DNA from: Reclinomonas americana ATCC 50394
Taxonomy: Eukaryota
DNA: 64,000 nt
Assembly (NCBI GenBank): GCA_048213135.1
Contig: PS015009.1
Coordinates: 1,426,001-1,490,000 of the forward strand
Reading direction: 5' to 3'
The notes beneath the pieces are model-generated. The model saw only the letters and a program-made list of their open reading frames with translations. It made no database searches and had not been told where the DNA came from. A program made the translations under genes and the position numbers. Every line of letters begins with the position of its first letter. The stretch's first letter is position 1. This document shows positions 58,401 through 64,000 of the stretch, piece by piece.

Positions 58401-60609
58401 TTCCGTCGCTGAAGATCAGCTTGGTGGCCGATGGTGTTCCCGCATAGAACAGGTTGTTGTTCGATGTGGTTTTATAGTTATTCAGGGCTGTGCCGGATCT
58501 CCTGTACACGGCTGAATTACCTGTACCATTGGCGGTGGAATTATTCACAATGATGTTGTTCCTCATATCCAGCGCCGCGGTGGTTGCGGTAGCGCTTGCG
58601 GTATGATAGATACCGGATGTAGAGAAGTTGGTACCAGTAGAAGTGGCATTCAGGCTGATGGTGTTGTAGTATACATTAATATTGGATGAAGCTACAGTAC
58701 TCAGCAGGCTGATGCCGCGAACCGCGTCCGATGTGTTGCTGGTGGAACCGGCCCTCAGGTCATAGATAAAGTTATTGTGCACATTGGTAGTAGTACCTGC
58801 ATTTACGGTAACACCCCCGGCAAAACCGTTGGTACCCGAACTGCTGATATTACTGATATCATTTTTGTAGACGGAAGCATTTACGGTTGAAGGGGTGTTG
58901 CTGTAAATAGCAAAAGCACTGCCTGCCGAAGCTATACCGGAAATAAGGTTCTGGTAGATATTGGCGGTATTGCCGGATCCATAATACATGGCCACTACCG
59001 GCCCGGTACCGGTGGATACCAGGTTGGTTAAAATGTTATCGTGGAAATCGTAGTTCTGCGAAGTGGCTACGTTTGGGGTATAATAGATACCATACAAGCC
59101 GCCGGACCCGGACTTATTGATATTGGAAAAGTTATTGCTGGCAATAGTGGCTGTTCCTGCTGCGGGTGCCGATGCCGGGTTACCAAGGATAGCGTAAAAA
59201 TCGGAAGAGGAATTATGGGTAACTGTTCCGCTGATGCTGTTGCCGCTGATTGTTTTATTACCGGTTGAGTTAGCGGTATAGATAAGGGCCATAAAACCCA
59301 GCGTACCCGGTGCGGAAACATTGGTATTAAGGAAAACGTTGTTCTGTACGGTTTCCGAAGTGGCGGTTCCGCCGTTCACAATAGAATAGAACTGGGATGA
59401 AGTGGCTGCACTGGATGTCTGTGTTACGGTGTTGCCATTCACAGTCAGGTTGCCGGTAGATGTGGTATAGATACCATAGGTAGTGCCGCTCAGCGCCATG
59501 GTTTGTTTGACCGTGTTGTTGGAAATGTTCGTATTGTTTCCGTTCGGAAGAAAAATAGCGATGTTATTCACCGCGCTGGCGCCTGCAGTTTCAGTGATAT
59601 CTACACTGTTATTCTGTGCGGTGATATTGGCGAGCCCGGCGTTTCCATATATACCATAAACGGCATAAGCTGTGCTGATGGACGCTTCAACCATCGTAAT
59701 CATATTATTGTTGACGGTGTAGGTACAACTGGGACCGTAAGCGTAAATGCCCCAGGCGGTCGCGATAGCGTTGGTACCACCGTTGGCGGTATTGTTGATG
59801 GTATTGTAAGAAATATTCGCATTGGTCTGGTAGGTACAGGTAACGGCGCCGATACTGCTGTACAAAGCGCCCATCACATTGGTCATGCTGTTACCGGTTG
59901 CCGGGCTGCTGCCCCCGATATCATTGCCCTGGTCGTTTGCCGAAGTGGCACCGCCAAAGTAAACGGCCGTGATCATATTGGAAAAAGTACAACCATACAC
60001 CGCGTTGTTGTTGTGCAGGTCGGCGGTAGCGGTGGGTGAAAGGGCAGTGACGCTGCTCACCACCTGGTGGGCCATAAAGATGCCTTTGGAGGGCGTGGCA
60101 ATGGTGCGGTTAAGGGTGAAGGTACAGTTGCGGATGGTGTCGTTCTGGCAACCATCGAAGGGAGATGCGGAGTTCAGGTTGAACAGGCCGATACCCCATT
60201 CCATGGCCGTGGTGGCTGTAGTGTTGGCGGCGCTTTCCACGAAAGTGAGGTTGGAGATGCTCACGAAATCCGTTCCCAGGATGGAGAAGATACCATCGAG
60301 GTTGGTGGTGGTGCCCACGGGTGAGGTGATCACGTTGTTGGTGCCTACAAACCTCAGCCTGTTGGCGGCGGAAGTGCTGGCATTCAGCGTGGCCGTACCC
60401 AGTTTGTAACCACCCGCGGGGGCAGTTTCGGCATGGCCGGCTGTAATGTTGATGGTGGCGCCGCCTGCGCCCACACCAGAGGTGTTGAGGGCCGTAATAG
60501 CTGCGGCAATGGTGGCATAATCACCCGGTATATTTTTTACACCGGTTACCTGTGCGTTACTGGCAAAACAGCAAAATACGGGTAAAATGAAAAGGAGAAT
60601 TTTTTTCAT
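55477..60609 (-). CDS. Large T9SS-secreted adhesin-like protein (beta-helix N-region, tandem 82-aa repeats); spans the assembly gap
   Basis: Signal peptide; Asn/Thr-rich beta-helix ending 'DIDGETR...PDIGADEF'; CTD 'SPNPNNG...KGMYTV...KVVIQ'. True length unknown. Confidence 0.82.
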   Translation of the reverse strand: MKKILLFILPVFCCFASNAQVTGVKNIPGDYATIAAAITALNTSGVGAGGATINITAGHAETAPAGGYKLGTATLNASTSAANRLRFVGTNNVITSPVGTTTNLDGIFSILGTDFVSISNLTFVESAANTTATTAMEWGIGLFNLNSASPFDGCQNDTIRNCTFTLNRTIATPSKGIFMAHQVVSSVTALSPTATADLHNNNAVYGCTFSNMITAVYFGGATSANDQGNDIGGSSPATGNSMTNVMGALYSSIGAVTCTYQTNANISYNTINNTANGGTNAIATAWGIYAYGPSCTYTVNNNMITMVEASISTAYAVYGIYGNAGLANITAQNNSVDITETAGASAVNNIAIFLPNGNNTNISNNTVKQTMALSGTTYGIYTTSTGNLTVNGNTVTQTSSAATSSQFYSIVNGGTATSETVQNNVFLNTNVSAPGTLGFMALIYTANSTGNKTISGNSISGTVTHNSSSDFYAILGNPASAPAAGTATIASNNFSNINKSGSGGLYGIYYTPNVATSQNYDFHDNILTNLVSTGTGPVVAMYYGSGNTANIYQNLISGIASAGSAFAIYSNTPSTVNASVYKNDISNISSSGTNGFAGGVTVNAGTTTNVHNNFIYDLRAGSTSNTSDAVRGISLLSTVASSNINVYYNTISLNATSTGTNFSTSGIYHTASATATTAALDMRNNIIVNNSTANGTGNSAVYRRSGTALNNYKTTSNNNLFYAGTPSATKLIFSDGTNNDQTLAAYQARVTPADAASISLAPNFLSASNLHLATQANCAIDGKAAPIAGYTIDIDGETRNASTPDIGADEFANTFVLTITNPAAVCTPATVNITAAAVTAGSSAGTLTYWADAAATTAIPPANGTPSAISVPGTYYIKLDNGIGCSDIKPVVVTINTAANATISYTGSPYCQNAGTANVTLTGSTGGXXXXXXXXXXXXXXXXXXXXXXXXXXXXXXXXXXXXXXXXXXXXXXXXXXXXXXXXXXXXXXXXXXXXXXXXXXXXXXXXXXXXXXXXXXXXXXXXXXXXXXXXXXXXXXXXXXXXXXXXXXXXXXXXXXXXXXXXXXXXXXXXXXXXXXXXXXXXXXXXAVTLGTSTPGTYTVTYTIAAGGGCPVFTTTTTITVTATPNATISYAGTPYCQNAGTATVTQTGTIGGTYSSTTGLSLNASTGAVTLGTSTPGTYTVTYTIAAAGGCAAFTTTTTITITATPNAAISYAGSPYCQSAGTATVTQTGTTGGTYASTTGLSLNTTTGAVTLGTSTPGTYTVTYTIAAAGGCAAFTTTATITITATPNATISYTGTPYCQNAGTANVTRTGTAGGTYTSTTGLSINASTGAVTLGTSTPGTYTVTYTIAAAGGCAAFTTTTTITITATPNATIGYAGSPYCATGTATVTRTGTAGGTYASTTGLSLNASTGDVNLTTSTPGTYTVTYTIAAAGGCAAFTTTTTITINSFSVAPTGATTSVTTSCGPTTATLSVTGGLLGSGASWKWYSASCGGTAVGTGASITLNVTGTTTYYVRAEGICNNTTCASVTVTINPQPTISVTASPYTSLMPGMVTTLTANISPVVAGNVITWYRNNIVVPGATSATLAVTVDELGSYTARVTSPFSCTALSGAVVIKDSVTDKLFISPNPNNGLFNIRYHSAALNFGFLRTVLIYDSKGALVYNKRIEVTAPYSSMAVDMRKNGKGMYTVVVADYQGRTLTQGKVVIQ
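56262..57912 (-). repeat. Intragenic tandem 246-bp (82-aa) repeats, partly in the N gap
   Basis: cctaaagtaac recurs at a 246-bp period; unit ATISYxGxPYC...PGTYTVTYTIAAAGGC. Confidence 0.88.
57349..57828. other. Assembly gap (480 N)
   Basis: Run of n. Confidence 1.
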
Positions 60610-60862
60610 GCAGTTGGTTTAGGTTGGGGTAAAAAAGTAGTAATGTGTTGAAAATTAAGCGTTTTCAGCGATACTTGCAAATATTGGATTTTAATTAAAT
60701 GTAAACATTGTATTTATAGACAAATACGCATTAATATTTGCTCCCATTGATTTGCCGCTCCTTAAGACCAGTTTTTTAAATGAACGAATTCCTTTATGTA
60801 TAATGAACGATTATTTTTAAATTGAATGTGGTAATTATATTTAAAACACTAATCTCTACGCT

Positions 60863-61249
60863 ATGACTACTATCACAACAATCAAAAGAGTTACGGCATT
60901 TTGTATCCTGGTCCTGGTATTGATCGGGTCTCTTTCTTCATTCAAAAAAAGTGACGCAATAAAAGTACAACAAGTGCAGTCGCTCGCTGCGGCAGCCCCA
61001 CGGATCTTTATCCTGCAATACTGGAATGGGGATTACTGGCAAAATGACCCGGTTGCCGAGTGCGGAGGTAACGGGGCCATTTGTTCCGGCTCCTATGTAA
61101 CAAGAGGCGCTGGTGATCCGATAGCTATTTTAAATAATGCTAAGAGCCAGTACTTAGCCTCGGGTTATTTATCCAATACTTCCATCAACTCTGCCAATAT
61201 AGTAGTGGGAAACGTTACGGTTACCATTACTGAACGCAGCGCGGATTAA
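60863..61249 (+). CDS. Small secreted hypothetical protein
   Basis: Signal 'LIGSLSSFK'; 'CGGNGAIC' Cys pair. Confidence 0.65.
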   Translation: MTTITTIKRVTAFCILVLVLIGSLSSFKKSDAIKVQQVQSLAAAAPRIFILQYWNGDYWQNDPVAECGGNGAICSGSYVTRGAGDPIAILNNAKSQYLASGYLSNTSINSANIVVGNVTVTITERSAD

Positions 61250-61335
61250 CCAGGAAAAGCAATACATATTTTTCATATAGATGGGAGGAAATATCCAGCC
61301 CAGGTAACTCCTTTTGTCCTTTTCTCAACATTTAA

Positions 61336-61763
61336 TAAAATAAAAAACGGTTTCAGTCTTTGAACCGAAACCGTTCTGTGGGCCCACCTGGGCTCGAAGC
61401 GGACCCTCCCGACCTGTGGTCGGGATGCGCTAACCCGCTGATCTTTTATTCTTTGAATTGGTGAAAATAAAAAACGGTTTCAGTCTTTGAACCGAAACCG
61501 TTTTGTGGGCCCACCTGGGCTCGAACCAGGGACCCTCCCGACCTGTGGTCGGGATGCGCTAACGGGCTGATCTTTTATTATTTGAATTGAGTAAAATAAA
61601 AAAACGGTTTCAGTCTTTGAACCGAAACCGTTTTGTGGGCCCACCTGGGCTCGAAGCGGACCCTCCCGACCTGTGGTCGGGATGCGCTAACGGGCTGATC
61701 TTTTATTATTTGAATTGAGTAAAATAAAAAAACGGTTTCAGTCTTTGAACCGAAACCGTTTTG
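61336..61763 (-). repeat. tRNA-linked tandem repeats: three pseudo-tRNA copies and four terminator copies (period 127-130 bp)
   Basis: cggtttcagtctttgaaccgaaaccg at 61348, 61475, 61605, 61733; each followed by gtgggcccacctgggctcgaa. Confidence 0.92.
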
Positions 61764-61837
61764 TGGGCCCACCTGGGCTCGAACCAGGGACCCTCTGATT
61801 ATGAGTCAGATGCTCTAACCGGCTGAGCTATAGGCCC
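61764..61837 (-). tRNA. tRNA with CAU anticodon (probably Ile2/lysidine; Met not excluded)
   Basis: GGGCCTATAGCTCAGCCGGTTAGAGCATCTGACTCATAATCAGAGGGTCCCTGGTTCGAGCCCAGGTGGGCCCA folds as a cloverleaf; TACTTTTG box upstream at 61862-61869. Confidence 0.93.
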
Positions 61838-61985
61838 GGTTATGCAAAGCATAACGGACGGCAAAAGTAAGTAAAAACAGCTATTTGCCATATTGTTTTT
61901 TAGAAATCATCCCGCTTTGTGTTACTTCAACACAATATTTTTTTTCCCGGTTAGATTTTTTTTCTAATTTGAACAGGATAAGGGT

Positions 61986-62585
61986 TTGTCCGTCAGAGAA
62001 ATTACCGATTGCTATATGTTGTCTGAAGAAGAACTGGAAAGCTTACAGCGCCGCATTGCCGAGAACAACGATCAGCAGGCATTCGCACAGTTGTACATGG
62101 CATATGTGCAGCCATTGCTTCAATTTGCACAAACCATCATCAAAACAAAGGAACTGGCCGAAGAGATCGTATCCGATGTATTTGTCAGGATCTGGCAGAA
62201 CAGGCGAAACCTCGCTACTGTAGATAATCTCCGTCTCTATTTATACATCAGCACCAAAAATACCTCGCTCAACTACCTGTCCAGGCATTTCCGCAAGGAA
62301 GTGATATCACTCGACGAAATGTCGATGAGCCTCCCCGCCGTTACCTATAACCCCGAACAACTGCTCATAACTTCCGAAGCGGTAAAAAGGATCGAGTTTG
62401 AGATCAACCGGCTACCCGCCCGCTGCAAACTCATTTTTAAGCTGGTAAAAGAAGACGGGCTCAAATACAATGATGTGGCACGCCTGCTCAATATTTCTGT
62501 AAAAACCATTGATAATCAAATGGCTATAGCCGTTAAAAAAGTTAGTGGCGCCATCAGTTTCGAAATGAAAAAACAGACCCGTTAA
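61986..62585 (+). CDS. ECF sigma-70 factor (Bacteroidota FecI-like); start may be 62016
   Basis: AEEIVSDVFVRIW, LPARCKLIF, ISVKTIDNQM. Confidence 0.92.
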   Translation: MSVREITDCYMLSEEELESLQRRIAENNDQQAFAQLYMAYVQPLLQFAQTIIKTKELAEEIVSDVFVRIWQNRRNLATVDNLRLYLYISTKNTSLNYLSRHFRKEVISLDEMSMSLPAVTYNPEQLLITSEAVKRIEFEINRLPARCKLIFKLVKEDGLKYNDVARLLNISVKTIDNQMAIAVKKVSGAISFEMKKQTR

Positions 62586-62674
62586 GGTCGCGGCACTGCT
62601 AGTCAGCCCTCTCCCAAATTTTTTTTATTTCCTTTTAGTAGATTTTCCGGGTTTATGTGTCCTTCTATACAATA

Positions 62675-63832
62675 ATGGACAATCACACAGAACGGATATG
62701 GACACTGATGGCCCGGAAACTCTCCGGTGAGGCTTCTGCGGAAGAGCTGCAGGAATTGGAGCAATTATTGTGGCAACATCCTGAAGGCAACTATTCGATG
62801 GAAGTGATGCAGGACCTGTGGAAAAGCAAACCCGCAGCCGACCGCCAGTATGCGGAGAACGAATACCGCAAACTGGCCCAGAAGCTGATCCAGTCTGGTG
62901 ACGGGGAGTTTGAGGACCAGGAAGCCCATTATGTTACTGAAGATGTTCACGGGGAAGCCGTTCACGAAGAGATTACTTATGAAGAACCGGCCCGCAAAAG
63001 AAAATGGATGCCCTGGGCTTTTGCCCTGGGTGCAGTTATAATAGCCGCCTCCGCGTTCCTGTACCAGCAGAATGGGAGCGATAATAAAACAGCCGCGGAA
63101 ATGCCGGCCCGCAACGAGATCAGCACCCGGTACGGGTCTAAAACCAGCCTGGTGCTGCCCGATGGCAGTAAGGTATGGCTGAATGCCGGCAGCAAACTGA
63201 GCTACGACAAAAACTATGGAAATTCCCTTCGTGAAGTAACCCTTGCCGGGGAAGCCTTCTTCGACGTGGTGAAAAACCCATCCCGCCCCTTTATCATCCA
63301 CACCAGCAAAATGGAGGTCCGCGTGCTGGGCACGGCCTTCAATGTAAAATGTTACCCCGACGAAAAGAAGACAGAAACGAGCCTCATCCGCGGCAGTGTG
63401 GAGATCACACTGAAAAACCGCCCGGAAAAGATCGTACTGAAACCGAATGAAAAGATCGTTATTAACGACGACGAACCAGGTGATGAGCAGCCGGTGCAAA
63501 CGACTGCTGCTAAATCCGGTGGTGGTCCTGTGAAGGCAGCCGAACCCATTTTTACCCTCGAACATGTAACCCGCGAACCGGTAAATAACGAGATCATTGA
63601 AACCTCATGGATCGATAACCGGTTGATATTCAATAATGAAACTTTTGAAGAGATTGCCGTTAAAATGGAACGCTGGTATGCCGTTCATATCAGTGTGGAA
63701 AATGAGAAACTGAAGAAAAAGCGCTTTACCGGCACCTTCGAGAATGAAACGATAAGCCAGGCACTCTCGGCCATGCAACTTACCCTGCCCTTTGGGTACT
63801 CGATCAGCAAAGACCAAATCATCATTAAATAA
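62675..63832 (+). CDS. FecR-family anti-sigma factor
   Basis: Single TM; LPDGSKVWLNAGS, GEAFFDV, VLGTAFNV, FTGTF. Confidence 0.93.
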   Translation: MDNHTERIWTLMARKLSGEASAEELQELEQLLWQHPEGNYSMEVMQDLWKSKPAADRQYAENEYRKLAQKLIQSGDGEFEDQEAHYVTEDVHGEAVHEEITYEEPARKRKWMPWAFALGAVIIAASAFLYQQNGSDNKTAAEMPARNEISTRYGSKTSLVLPDGSKVWLNAGSKLSYDKNYGNSLREVTLAGEAFFDVVKNPSRPFIIHTSKMEVRVLGTAFNVKCYPDEKKTETSLIRGSVEITLKNRPEKIVLKPNEKIVINDDEPGDEQPVQTTAAKSGGGPVKAAEPIFTLEHVTREPVNNEIIETSWIDNRLIFNNETFEEIAVKMERWYAVHISVENEKLKKKRFTGTFENETISQALSAMQLTLPFGYSISKDQIIIK

Positions 63833-64000
63833 CAAAAACTGCCACACATGAGAAGACCCCCCTACTACAACACAGCTTAAGCCATAAAAAACCGGGAAAT
63901 GTTGGCGCATTCCCCGGCGAGGCTAATAATGGAAAACCTGCAACGTTCGACTGCTGCACAAGTTTCCGCTATTTCATTAACCCAAAAACTAAAAGTATGA

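Noticed and set aside
61336-61763. Additional functional tRNA genes or a CRISPR array
   Set aside because: Copies lack the 5' acceptor strand and a 7-nt anticodon loop; no variable spacers.
61336-61837. attL/attR of an integrated element in this window
   Set aside because: No integrase, and no cargo between the duplicated tRNA ends.
62765-63565. 266-aa minus-strand ORF
   Set aside because: Antisense shadow of fecR.

Overview
Draft-assembly window from a Bacteroidota chromosome, most likely Chitinophagaceae-like (inferred from T9SS C-terminal sorting domains, TAnnTTTG promoter boxes, Bacteroidota-type PurF/GH3/S46 proteins and an ECF-sigma/FecR pair). There is one 480-N gap at 57349-57828. 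Housekeeping genes include alkA- and tag-type glycosylases, msrC-like GAF, a DPP7-type S46 peptidase, mtgA, pnuC, nadR-like kinase, nfu, uvrD/pcrA, recA, purF and a tRNA with a CAU anticodon. Accessory genes are interleaved. Most notable: (1) a 74-aa protein duplicated without gaps as the N-terminus of the next gene, which carries a transglutaminase/papain-like Cys-His-Asp core, divergent from an M19-like amidohydrolase (32.0-35.3 kb); (2) an AT-rich islet with a TIR-domain gene frameshifted in an A7 run just after its ATG, plus a zeta-like ATPase and an unlisted 55-aa partner (25.8-27.7 kb); (3) a tandem array of three pseudo-tRNA/terminator units whose anticodon arm is replaced by a perfect palindrome (61.3-61.8 kb); (4) a 151-bp tandem array built from a dispersed heptamer-palindrome REP/MITE-like family; (5) a secreted low-complexity repeat protein paired with a beta-barrel, possibly a fibre or amyloid-like system; (6) a lone Lit/M48-like HExxH protease. 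No integrase, transposase, CRISPR array or rRNA was seen. All calls come from reading motifs by eye; no database searches were run.
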